From the NCBI GenBank assembly GCA_041553195.1, contig JBFEJN010000004.1:3036-67035 (forward strand): DNA of 64,000 nucleotides, read 5' to 3'. Source of the DNA: Sulfurimonadaceae bacterium (GTDB taxonomy: Bacteria > Campylobacterota > Campylobacteria > Campylobacterales > Sulfurimonadaceae). Of this stretch, positions 9,187 to 17,978 are shown one piece after another. The translations under genes were made by a program, and so were the position numbers. Position 1 is the stretch's first letter. Each line of letters starts with the position of its first letter. The notes beneath the pieces were generated by a model. The model was given only the letters and a program-made list of their open reading frames with translations. It ran no database searches and had not been told where the DNA came from.

Positions 9187-10323
9187 ATGTTAAATTACGA
9201 TAATTTGCCAAGTCCATCTTATGTTTGTGACCTTACACGATTAGAGAAGAATCTAAAACTATTGGCGCATGTCAAAGATGAGAGCGGGGCCAAGGTCATA
9301 CTTGCATTGAAAGGGTTTGCGATGTGGTCGACGTTCGGTCTCGTCCGTCAGTACCTTGACGGCGCAACGGCAAGCGGACTGCACGAAGCGAAGCTTGCCT
9401 ACGAAGAGATGAAAGGCGAGGTGCATACCTATTCACCTGCATTCAAAGAGGAGGAGATCGAAGAGATCGCTTCTATCTCCGACCATATTGTTTTTAACAC
9501 GCCATCGCAGCTAAGACGTTTTGCGGCCAAGGCCAAAGCGGTCAATCCCAAGATCTCTGTCTCACTGCGCGTCAACCCTGAATTTTCATCATCACCTGTT
9601 GACCTTTATAATCCCTGCGGGATCTACAGCCGTTTGGGAACGACGAAAAAGAACTTTGACGAAAGTATTCTCGACCAGCTTGACGGTCTTAATTTCCATG
9701 CGCTTTGCGAGCAGAATGTGGATGCGCTCGAAGGGGTACTGGCTGCGTTCGAAGAGAAGTTCGGTGCGTACATTGACGGTATGAAGTACATTAACTTCGG
9801 CGGCGGTCATCATATCACCCGTAAAGATTATGATGTCGAAAAACTCATCGAGGTCATCAAGGGCTTTAAAGCGCGTCATAACAATGTCGAAGTCTATCTC
9901 GAACCCGGCGAAGCGGTCGGCTGGCAGACCGGCGAACTGGTCGCTACCGTTCTCGATGTCTTTGAAAACGGCATGAACGTGGCCATTTTGGACACCTCGG
10001 CAGAAGCCCATATGCCGGATACCTTGGCCATGCCATACCGTGCCGACGTACGCGGTTCGGGCGAGGCGGGTGAAAAGGCCTACACCTACCGCTTGGGCGG
10101 AAACACCTGTCTGGCGGGCGACATTATGGGGGACTACTCATTTGACGCGCCTCTGCAGGTGGGCGATAGAATAATTTTTGAAGACCAGATCCATTATACC
10201 TTTGTCAAAAATACTACGTTTAACGGTATCAAGCTGCCTTCGCTTGTGTTGGTGACGCAAGAGGGTGAGGTAGAGGTGGTCAAAGAGTTCGGATATCCCG
10301 ACTACAAAAACCGTCTCTCTTAA
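9187..10323 (+). CDS. nspC: Carboxynorspermidine decarboxylase
   Basis: LALKGF PLP lysine, HFH-like NFHALCEQ, NFGGGH, EPGE, CLAGD; TATAAT at 9164-9169. Confidence 0.92.
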   Translation: MLNYDNLPSPSYVCDLTRLEKNLKLLAHVKDESGAKVILALKGFAMWSTFGLVRQYLDGATASGLHEAKLAYEEMKGEVHTYSPAFKEEEIEEIASISDHIVFNTPSQLRRFAAKAKAVNPKISVSLRVNPEFSSSPVDLYNPCGIYSRLGTTKKNFDESILDQLDGLNFHALCEQNVDALEGVLAAFEEKFGAYIDGMKYINFGGGHHITRKDYDVEKLIEVIKGFKARHNNVEVYLEPGEAVGWQTGELVATVLDVFENGMNVAILDTSAEAHMPDTLAMPYRADVRGSGEAGEKAYTYRLGGNTCLAGDIMGDYSFDAPLQVGDRIIFEDQIHYTFVKNTTFNGIKLPSLVLVTQEGEVEVVKEFGYPDYKNRLS

Positions 10324-10470
10324 AAAGTTCCAGCTTCGGCGCATCTTGCGTCCAACTCCGACGCTTGACGTACCGATGTACGTCTTCGGTCGGAGTTAAA
10401 CACAATCTACACCAAATCTGAAACTTTTTTCTGTGTATGAACTTTTTAAGATGAGCTTCGCCATCTTGCT
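10321..10470. repeat. Structured intergenic repeat, family A copy 1
   Basis: AAGTTCCAGCTTCGG ... GACGTAC-cgat-GTACGTC-TTCGG ... CACAATCTACACC ... AATCTGAAACTTTT ... GATGAGCTTCGCCATCTT, shared with 16024-16221. Confidence 0.85.
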
Positions 10471-10926
10471 TTACGCTTTATGTTCTTTTGTAAAGATCTC
10501 TGGTGGTATGGAGACGGGGATGGGGTCATGCAGGTGCATTGCGATCTCATCGGAGCTGCTGCTTTTGAAGAGCTGGTAGGGGACGTAGAGAAAGCGGGCA
10601 CCGATCTTGTCGTCGGCTTTATGGCGCTCTTCGAGGTGAATGCGTATGCCGTCATTTACGGGCGCTTTGTAATGTACCGGAATGCCGACCTTGGCAACAA
10701 TGGCGAGGCCGGTGATCTTGGGTTCGTCGATGACACGCAGGCGTAATGAGGCGACAAGCGCTTCGTATTGGTCGCCATGGCTCTTTTCGTCAGCAGTGAC
10801 ACTTTCGACATAACCGTTTTTATATAAGATCATTGCAAATGGGTTGAGTGCGTTTTGTTGTTCCAGGGTACTTTTGGCGTACATGACCGCTTCGTTCACC
10901 ATTTCAAAAAGTTGTTCTTCATACAT
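10471..10926 (-). CDS. Hypothetical protein
   Basis: 151 aa ORF from MYEEQLF with AAGGA upstream; no recognised motif. Confidence 0.7.
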   Translation of the reverse strand: MYEEQLFEMVNEAVMYAKSTLEQQNALNPFAMILYKNGYVESVTADEKSHGDQYEALVASLRLRVIDEPKITGLAIVAKVGIPVHYKAPVNDGIRIHLEERHKADDKIGARFLYVPYQLFKSSSSDEIAMHLHDPIPVSIPPEIFTKEHKA

Positions 10927-11069
10927 GTTTATCCTTATGTTCACGTATTTTAGCATACTGAAATGTTTAGTTTCGCAACGTGACTTTAAGAAATCTGAAC
11001 CTGAAAAATATTATCGTCCTTTTTAAGATAGTTACCCTTATAATCACAGCAACCAAACAAAGGATTTGC

Positions 11070-11408
11070 ATGCAAAAAATAGACATGAGCTCACCAGAAT
11101 TTTTAGCTGAGATGGAAAAAACCAAGAAGTTTACAGATAAAGTCAACAAACAATTTGGGTGGGTATACAATCCTAACGAAGATGTTAATGAAGGTGTGAC
11201 AATGGGGCTTGCCCGTCACAAGATGCTTTACGGTAAACGTTTCTGCCCATGTTTCATGGTCGTAGAAGATGAGAATGGAAAACACGTCAGTGCTGACAAC
11301 CGTACCTGTCCATGTCCTCCGGCGATCGAAAAAGAGATCCCTGAAGAGGGTAAATGTCACTGTGGGATCTTCTGTACCCCAGAGTACGCAGCCAATAACG
11401 ATCAATAA
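11070..11408 (+). CDS. ftrC: Ferredoxin:thioredoxin reductase catalytic subunit
   Basis: CPC...CPC...CHC motifs; AAGGA RBS before the ATG at 11070. Confidence 0.85.
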   Translation: MQKIDMSSPEFLAEMEKTKKFTDKVNKQFGWVYNPNEDVNEGVTMGLARHKMLYGKRFCPCFMVVEDENGKHVSADNRTCPCPPAIEKEIPEEGKCHCGIFCTPEYAANNDQ

Positions 11409-11602
11409 TTTCAGTGCATCTTGCACTGAAATTCACCTCTCAACGCACATAAGTGCGCCTTCGGGTTCACTTCAGCACAATCTACACTAAACTTATTATC
11501 GTTATGTTTTTTTTACATAAAATTCAGAATACTATAACTTTCTTGGATGTTTAGTTTCGGGTTCACTTCAGCACAATCTGCACTGAAATTATTGTCGTTA
11601 TG
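11394..11602. repeat. Structured intergenic repeat, family A copy 2, with a duplicated right arm
   Basis: CGCAC-ataa-GTGCG-CCTTCGG core; TTCGGGTTCACTTCAGCACAATCT present at ~11461 and ~11556. Confidence 0.75.
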
Positions 11603-11748
11603 CGCTCTTTACATAGAATCAAGCACTCTCATTCTCCGTTTTACCACCACTTGCATTATGATTTTTACTATAGTGATGGACAAAATACCTGAGCCTTATA
11701 TCGGCTGCAGGCTGTCATATTGGGTTTGCTTTGTGTAAGAGTGAGGTT

Positions 11749-12117
11749 TTAATTAAAGAGGGCGGCGATGATCTGTTTCGTGTTTATATCGTATTTGGTA
11801 TCAATAGCCAGCCAGAAGTAGTGTTCATTCTCTCCGTTGTCAAAGATGATCGCTTTGAGGTCCGGAAAACCGATCGTGATCAGCAGCATATCGACGTCGA
11901 TCTCATGTTGTGCTTTGTCGTCATTACTTAACAAGCTGAAGTTCTCTGGCTTTGGTGCGGTCTGTGCCAAAAGATCATAGATCGTCTCAAGACAGAGTTC
12001 CTGCTGCTCTTCGTCGAGTAGGGTCGGCCATGCTTGTGCGAGTGCATCGATGATCGAATGCACATCGGCTTGTTGAAGGAGCAATTGTTTACTCAGTTGC
12101 GACATCTCTTCTCCCAT
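11749..12117 (-). CDS. Hypothetical acidic protein
   Basis: 122 aa ORF starting 3 nt after the msrB stop; the true start may be the second Met. Confidence 0.6.
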   Translation of the reverse strand: MGEEMSQLSKQLLLQQADVHSIIDALAQAWPTLLDEEQQELCLETIYDLLAQTAPKPENFSLLSNDDKAQHEIDVDMLLITIGFPDLKAIIFDNGENEHYFWLAIDTKYDINTKQIIAALFN

Positions 12118-12120
12118 TAT

Positions 12121-12579
12121 TTATTTCTTTTTCGGGATAAATTTTATCGAGGTGTAGTTGACGCAGTGACGGGTGTTTTTCGGCGTCATGCGTTCGCCTT
12201 CGAAGACGTGGCCAAGGTGGCCGCCGCAGTTGGCACAGACGATCTCGACACGGCGCCCGTCGGCGTCAGGGACGCGTTTGACCGCGCCGGGGATCTCGTC
12301 GTCAAAACTCGGCCAGCCGCAGTGTGAGTCGAACTTGCTGTCGGTGGTGTAGAGCGGGACGTTACAGCGGCGGCAGACGTAGGTGCCTTCGCCCTGGGCT
12401 TTAAACTCTTCATAGTTGGCGCCGAAAGGACGTTCGGTCCCTTTACGCAGGATGACATACTCCTCTTCGGGTGTCAGTGTGTTGTATTCGATAGGCAGTT
12501 CTTTCAATTGTTTTCCTTCTTCAGCCTGGGCGATAAGCGCTCCCAGCAATAATATGAGTGATAGTACAAGGTGTTTCAT
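12121..12579 (-). CDS. msrB: Peptide-methionine (R)-S-oxide reductase with signal peptide
   Basis: LRKGTERPF, CxxC, SHCGWPSF, CxxC, GHLGHVF, RHCVN. Confidence 0.93.
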   Translation of the reverse strand: MKHLVLSLILLLGALIAQAEEGKQLKELPIEYNTLTPEEEYVILRKGTERPFGANYEEFKAQGEGTYVCRRCNVPLYTTDSKFDSHCGWPSFDDEIPGAVKRVPDADGRRVEIVCANCGGHLGHVFEGERMTPKNTRHCVNYTSIKFIPKKK

Positions 12580-12684
12580 AATAGATCCTTTTGTTTCTCT
12601 GTCTGCACCAATTGTAGAAGGTTTACATAAACAAATCCAAAACGATAGTAACTGTTGTAAAGGTGTAACGGTAGCGGGGGCTCT

Positions 12685-13581
12685 CTATTGGTCGCGTTTT
12701 TCATAAACTGCAGGGTAGTCTGTTTTAAAGCGGCGGTGCATCCAGAACCAATATTTGGGATCTTTCTGAATCGCCTGGCTTAACCATGTGGCGGTCGCCT
12801 GCGTTGTCTGAAGAAGGTCTTCCTCGTCGCTAAGCGCTTTGTTGGACTCAATAGCATCGAAAAATTTGACCCGGTAGTGCTCATGGTCATCCGTATAGAT
12901 CAGGGCCGGAACGATAGCGGCATCGAACTTTCGGGCAAGGTAGGCCGGGGTACTGACATGATGCACCGATTTACCGAGAAACTCCACCGCCAGACCATCG
13001 CTCTTTTTGATGTTCGTGTCGATCAAAATACCAACTGATTTTTTGGCACGCATCCGTTTAAACATCGCTTTCATCGCACCGTGGCGTTCCGCCGGCTGCA
13101 TGCCGAACTTTGTTCTGGAAAAGAGAAGGTACTCTTCGAAATAGGGGTTTTTCATCTTCTTGTAAATAAAGAGCAGGGGTTCGACAAAGGCGCCGATGGC
13201 ATTGCTGCCTATCTCCCAGGCACCAAAGTGCGAGGAGATAAAGACAATAGGGCGTCCCTGCTTTTGAATGTTCTCGACTACATCCCGGTTTTCAAAGGTG
13301 ACCTTTTGTTGAAACGCCTCCAGGCTCATGTGGCGGCTTTCCAGAATAAAGAGGGCGTTGTTGGCAAGGTTCTTGTAGCAGTAGCGGCTGACCTGTTCGA
13401 TCAGTGCACTGTCGGCCTTTTCGCCGTAGATGAACTCAAGGTTCTGTCTGATGACAAGACGATGCTTTTTGTCGATGTAGAAAGCCAGTTTGGCAATACC
13501 GAAAAAAAGTGCTTTGCGCCACGAGTGCGGCAGCAGCATTAACAATTTTTCAAAGCCGAGAAAAAGGTAGAAACCGATCAT
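12685..13581 (-). CDS. lpxL: Lipid A biosynthesis lauroyl/myristoyl acyltransferase
   Basis: HFGAWE, LIDTN, FLGK and WFWMHRRFK motifs. Confidence 0.85.
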   Translation of the reverse strand: MIGFYLFLGFEKLLMLLPHSWRKALFFGIAKLAFYIDKKHRLVIRQNLEFIYGEKADSALIEQVSRYCYKNLANNALFILESRHMSLEAFQQKVTFENRDVVENIQKQGRPIVFISSHFGAWEIGSNAIGAFVEPLLFIYKKMKNPYFEEYLLFSRTKFGMQPAERHGAMKAMFKRMRAKKSVGILIDTNIKKSDGLAVEFLGKSVHHVSTPAYLARKFDAAIVPALIYTDDHEHYRVKFFDAIESNKALSDEEDLLQTTQATATWLSQAIQKDPKYWFWMHRRFKTDYPAVYEKRDQ

Positions 13582-13695
13582 AGACGTTGCCCTTAAAGTA
13601 GTTGAGAGATTATAACGATTTAATGGTTAGTCCTGTGTTTAGGGTTATTAGATGTGCCCTTTAGCTATAATTACAATACAAAAGCAGGAGCTATT

Positions 13696-14985
13696 ATGAA
13701 TTTCGACGAACTTGGGTTAAACAGCCATATTTTAGACGCGGTCAAAGCAAAAAACTATGAGACGCCGACACCCGTACAAGAACAAGCGATTCCTGTTGCG
13801 CTTGACAAAAAAGACCTGCTGGTCAGTGCTCAGACCGGAACGGGTAAGACGGCGGCCTTCGTCCTGCCGATGCTGCAGCGTCTGGGTCACGACAAAAAAA
13901 ATGCGGACCGTCATCTGCTGCGCGGGTTGATTTTGGTGCCGACACGTGAGCTGGCGATGCAGGTCGGCGCGAATGTGGTTGAATACGGCAAAAACCTTCC
14001 TTTTACCTCAGTCAACCTTTATGGCGGTAAAAAGATCAGCACCGAAGTGGACCAGATCGAGAAGGGTGTCGACATCATCGTCGCAACACCGGGACGCCTG
14101 TTCGAACATCTTCAGCAAGGCAGCGTGACACTCGACAACATTAACTACTTCGTCCTCGACGAAGCGGACCGTATGCTGGACATGGGGTTTATTAACGAGA
14201 TCCGCGCGATTGCGGAGGTCATGCCCAAAGGGCGACAGACCTTTATGTTCTCGGCAACCTTTACGCCGAAGGTTGTGAACCTGGGCAAGTCGCTGCTGCG
14301 TAAACCCAAGATCATCGAGGTTGCTCGTCAGAACAAGACGGCCGACACGATCGAGCAGAAGGTCCATTTTGTCAACACGGACCAGAAGCTTGACCTTCTA
14401 AGCTACATGATCGGTTCGCAGAACTTTCAGCAGGTGCTTGTCTTTACCCGCACCAAAGACAGCTGTCAGGCGATCGCGGATGAGTTGAGCAGTGCGGGAC
14501 TTCCGGCGACGGTGATCCATGGCGATGTTCCTCAGGCCAAACGGACAAAAGCATTGCAGCAGTTCAAAGAGGGCAAGTTCAGAGTCCTTGTCGCGACCGA
14601 TGTTGCCGGGCGCGGTCTGGACATCAAAGACATGGACTATGTCATTAATTATGAGCTTCCGAGCGTGGCCGAGGACTATGTCCACCGTATCGGCCGGACG
14701 GGCAGAGCGGGTAAGAAGGGTCTTGCGATCTCCCTGGTCTCCGCTTATGATGTGGCGTATCTCTTTGAGATCGAGAAACTGATCGGTCTCAAGATGGAAG
14801 AGGTGAAAACAGAGGGCTACACCTTTGACGAACGCATCCCCGACCGCGGGGAGCAGCACAACCAGCGCGACCGGCGCAAAGCGGCGGCTGTTCGTAAACA
14901 TACGCCTAAAAAAGCAAAGACGAAAACGTATGCTGAGAAACCTAAAAAGACCAAGCAGACGAAACGAAACCGATTCCAAGGATAA
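13696..14985 (+). CDS. DEAD-box RNA helicase (RhlE-like)
   Basis: Q motif, AQTGTGKT, PTRELA, DEAD, SAT, HRIGRTGRAG; basic C-terminal tail; GGAG RBS. Confidence 0.95.
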   Translation: MNFDELGLNSHILDAVKAKNYETPTPVQEQAIPVALDKKDLLVSAQTGTGKTAAFVLPMLQRLGHDKKNADRHLLRGLILVPTRELAMQVGANVVEYGKNLPFTSVNLYGGKKISTEVDQIEKGVDIIVATPGRLFEHLQQGSVTLDNINYFVLDEADRMLDMGFINEIRAIAEVMPKGRQTFMFSATFTPKVVNLGKSLLRKPKIIEVARQNKTADTIEQKVHFVNTDQKLDLLSYMIGSQNFQQVLVFTRTKDSCQAIADELSSAGLPATVIHGDVPQAKRTKALQQFKEGKFRVLVATDVAGRGLDIKDMDYVINYELPSVAEDYVHRIGRTGRAGKKGLAISLVSAYDVAYLFEIEKLIGLKMEEVKTEGYTFDERIPDRGEQHNQRDRRKAAAVRKHTPKKAKTKTYAEKPKKTKQTKRNRFQG

Positions 14986-14988
14986 ATC

Positions 14989-16026
14989 ATGACGATCACC
15001 CCGGCAATGTCAGTCTCGGCGAAAGAAGCGTATACGATTGTGTCGCATCTGCAAAGCTATTTTGTAGAGCGGTTAAATCTGTTGAGTCAAGAGTTCGGTA
15101 AAGCGAAGCCGTACGAACCTGTACTATGGGTAAGAGATGACGGTCGTCATGGTGGAGGTGTGCGTTATGTTGCTATGGACGACAGGTTGTTCAATCGTGG
15201 TTCGGTCAACATCTCACAGGTCCATTATGATGACGATGGCACCAAAAAGCTTGGCTCTGCCACCGCGCTTTCAACGATCATCCACCCCTTCAACCCACTG
15301 GTACCCTCAGTCCACATGCACATCAGCTGGACAGAGATGAAAAGCGGTGCCGGGTATTGGCGTCTTATGGCGGACCTTAACCCGGCGATCGAGAACAAAG
15401 CTGCAACAAAGCAGTTTACGGCGTGTCTGAAAAAAGCGGCACCGCAACAGTTTGACGAGGGCACGGCCCAGGGCGACCGTTACTTTAACATCCCGGCGCT
15501 CGGCCGTCACCGTGGCGTTTCCCATTTTTACCTGGAGAATTTTGCCAGCGGTGATCTGGGTGCTGACCAGACCCTCGCCAAACGTTTCGGTGAGCAGATG
15601 GTGGACTGTTACATCGCTATTGTGAGAGAAGCCTTGCTTGCGAACATTCAGCCCACAGAAGAAGATTTTGAGATGCAGCTTGCCTACCATACGCTCTATC
15701 TCTTTCAGGTCTTGACGCTCGACCGCGGGACGACCTCAGGTCTCTTGGTCCACAACCAAAACGATGTCGGGATCCTTGGCTCGATTCCCCGCTACATCAA
15801 CAAACCGCTGCTTGTGCGTTGGAAAAAGCAGGTAGAACCGCCGCAAGATAAACTTGTCGATGCGCTTGTTGAAGCCCTGGGCAATGGCGATAAGGTTTTA
15901 GTGGAAGACGAGGTCAAGCAGCGCTTGGCCAATGTTGTCCGCGAACACTATAAAAAGTATCCTGAGGCCTTGAATATGCAGGCCAGCGGCAATATCGTCC
16001 CCCCAACAGTGGAAAACCATAAATAA
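14989..16026 (+). CDS. hemF: Oxygen-dependent coproporphyrinogen III oxidase (divergent)
   Basis: GGG, VNISQVH, IIHP.NP..P..HMH, YFNIPA.GRHRGV, DRGT..GL and GSIP match the HemF pattern. Confidence 0.75.
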   Translation: MTITPAMSVSAKEAYTIVSHLQSYFVERLNLLSQEFGKAKPYEPVLWVRDDGRHGGGVRYVAMDDRLFNRGSVNISQVHYDDDGTKKLGSATALSTIIHPFNPLVPSVHMHISWTEMKSGAGYWRLMADLNPAIENKAATKQFTACLKKAAPQQFDEGTAQGDRYFNIPALGRHRGVSHFYLENFASGDLGADQTLAKRFGEQMVDCYIAIVREALLANIQPTEEDFEMQLAYHTLYLFQVLTLDRGTTSGLLVHNQNDVGILGSIPRYINKPLLVRWKKQVEPPQDKLVDALVEALGNGDKVLVEDEVKQRLANVVREHYKKYPEALNMQASGNIVPPTVENHK

Positions 16027-16221
16027 AAGTTCCAGCTTCGGTGCAATTTGCGCTTCAGCTCACCACTCGACGCACACTAGTGCGCCTTCGGGTTCTCTTC
16101 TGCACAACTTACACCAAAACAAGGGTACCGCTCGCGAAGCGATGTTTCCTCGAAATCTGAAACTTTTTCCTGTTCAGGGGTGGTTCAGATGAGCTTCGCC
16201 ATCTTTCTTAGCACTTAGCAC
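16024..16221. repeat. Structured intergenic repeat, family A copy 3, with a ~35 bp insert
   Basis: Same terminal motifs as 10321-10470; extra segment at 16118-16152. Confidence 0.85.
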
Positions 16222-17163
16222 TTAGGATTTATTCGGGTCAAAGATCGAAAAGTCCACTTCCTCTTCGGGTATGGAAGTATCCAACTGCTTGAAATTGCCA
16301 AGGGTGTCACCTGTACCGACGATGCTCTTTAGGTTGTAGAGGTCTGCTTTGTCCAGTAAAAACTCTTTTACCAGTTTGAACCCGCCTTTTTCGAGCAGGG
16401 CGTTTGCTGTTTTCTGTTCGAGGTAGAGGAACATCAGACAGGTCGTCGAGGAGGCGAATTGTGCAATAAAGGCATTTTCCGTTTTAATGATGTCTTCTTG
16501 ATAGTTCTCGAGTTTGCCGACGCCGATAGCACTGACAAGCAGGGGCAGGTCGCACCAGCGGGCGATCAGTGCACTGAGTTCATCGGGGTGCATCGGGCGG
16601 ATATAGTCGGCATCATCCAGTGTTGTCGCCAGCATAAAACGCGAAACCGCGTTCATGACGTAGGGAAGGATGTTCTCTTCGACCACTTTCGGGTTTGCAT
16701 CGGCCAGTGTCAGCATGGTGATCTCGATGTTCAGCGCCTCTTTGGCCTGATAGTTCAGCAGACTGGCAAGGCCTTCGATACGGTTGTTTATAGGTACATT
16801 GGTCACAACTGCCGCCATCCGCAAAAAGGCGTCCGCCTCGATGATGTTCATGCCCGGGTACATGGACTGATCGAAGTGCAGACGGTGGTAGATACTGAAG
16901 AAACGTTCTCCGTCCTCTTCGGTCGTGATCAACATGGCCTCGAGTAGGACACCCGGGGAGAGTGTCGGCAGGATCAAGGCAAAATAGTGCTCTTTCTGGA
17001 TGAGCTCAAGCTCCGGATTGTTCTCTTGCAGCAGCTTAAATGCCAGCAGCACATCCGGGTTAAAAACAGTCGGTCTGGACAAGATGAGTTTTTTTAAAAA
17101 ACTGCCCTCGTCAGGGATCATAAATAGGCCGTTGATGGTGTTTGTATTGTTATCGATCTGCAT
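16222..17163 (-). CDS. Hypothetical protein
   Basis: 313 aa ORF from MQIDNN with AAGGA upstream; no recognised motif. Confidence 0.7.
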   Translation of the reverse strand: MQIDNNTNTINGLFMIPDEGSFLKKLILSRPTVFNPDVLLAFKLLQENNPELELIQKEHYFALILPTLSPGVLLEAMLITTEEDGERFFSIYHRLHFDQSMYPGMNIIEADAFLRMAAVVTNVPINNRIEGLASLLNYQAKEALNIEITMLTLADANPKVVEENILPYVMNAVSRFMLATTLDDADYIRPMHPDELSALIARWCDLPLLVSAIGVGKLENYQEDIIKTENAFIAQFASSTTCLMFLYLEQKTANALLEKGGFKLVKEFLLDKADLYNLKSIVGTGDTLGNFKQLDTSIPEEEVDFSIFDPNKS

Positions 17164-17340
17164 TGCTGTCCTTGTGTAGGTGGAATTATAACAGAGCTTC
17201 AACTTGACTCCCAAGACTAGGCATTTTGCTTTACTAACACACAAGGAAAATGTTTATATTGCTGTTCACGGGCACGTCTAACAACTGTGTGTTACAAAAT
17301 GTAGCATGGTGTGTAAATAACAAGCCTTGGTATATGGGGT

Positions 17341-17370
17341 TATAAGTAATTCAAATGATTTGAACTTATA
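17341..17370. promoter_or_regulatory. Interrupted palindrome upstream of the OMP gene
   Basis: TATAAG-taa-TTCAAAT-g-ATTTGAA-CTTATA, ending 27 nt before the ATG. Confidence 0.5.
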
Positions 17371-17397
17371 CTGGTCTGATAACACAAGGAGTTCAGA

Positions 17398-17949
17398 ATG
17401 AAAAAAGTGATTGCAGTGTCATTAATGGCACTTACCTTTGGTGCAGCTGCTGTTACAGCTGATGTTAAAGTCGGTCTTGGGTATACGATCGCAGACGGTA
17501 TCTTCAACCAGTACGTTGCACAGCCTGCCAATATCCGTGTTCCTATCGATTTTGACTTCGGTCTGCGTATCGAACCTGAAATCGGTCTGGGCACTGAAAC
17601 AACAACGAACAACGGTCCTTTCAATGTTGATGAGACAACGACTTATAGAACGCTGGCCGTAGGTGGATACTATACGATCTGGAAGGTTGAAAAAGTTAAC
17701 TTTTATGCAGGCGGCCGTCTAGGATTGACACAGATCGAGGCGGAAAACTGGAATGGGGCAGGTGGTGTCGATACTGTTAAAACCGACTACACCAGCCTTC
17801 AGGGTCTCTTCGGCGCCGAGTATATGTTTACGGAAGACTTTTCGTTCGGGGCGCAAGCCGGTCTGGAGTATCTATCCGGTTCAGGAGGGAACAGCGATAC
17901 GGATTCAATAGGGACGGTTACACACCTGTTGATCCATTACTTCTTTTAA
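17398..17949 (+). CDS. Outer membrane beta-barrel protein (about 8 strands)
   Basis: Signal peptide, amphipathic strands, C-terminal aromatic HYFF; AAGGAG RBS. Confidence 0.8.
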   Translation: MKKVIAVSLMALTFGAAAVTADVKVGLGYTIADGIFNQYVAQPANIRVPIDFDFGLRIEPEIGLGTETTTNNGPFNVDETTTYRTLAVGGYYTIWKVEKVNFYAGGRLGLTQIEAENWNGAGGVDTVKTDYTSLQGLFGAEYMFTEDFSFGAQAGLEYLSGSGGNSDTDSIGTVTHLLIHYFF

Positions 17950-17978
17950 CCACAATCGCCGAAGCCTTAGTGCTTCGT

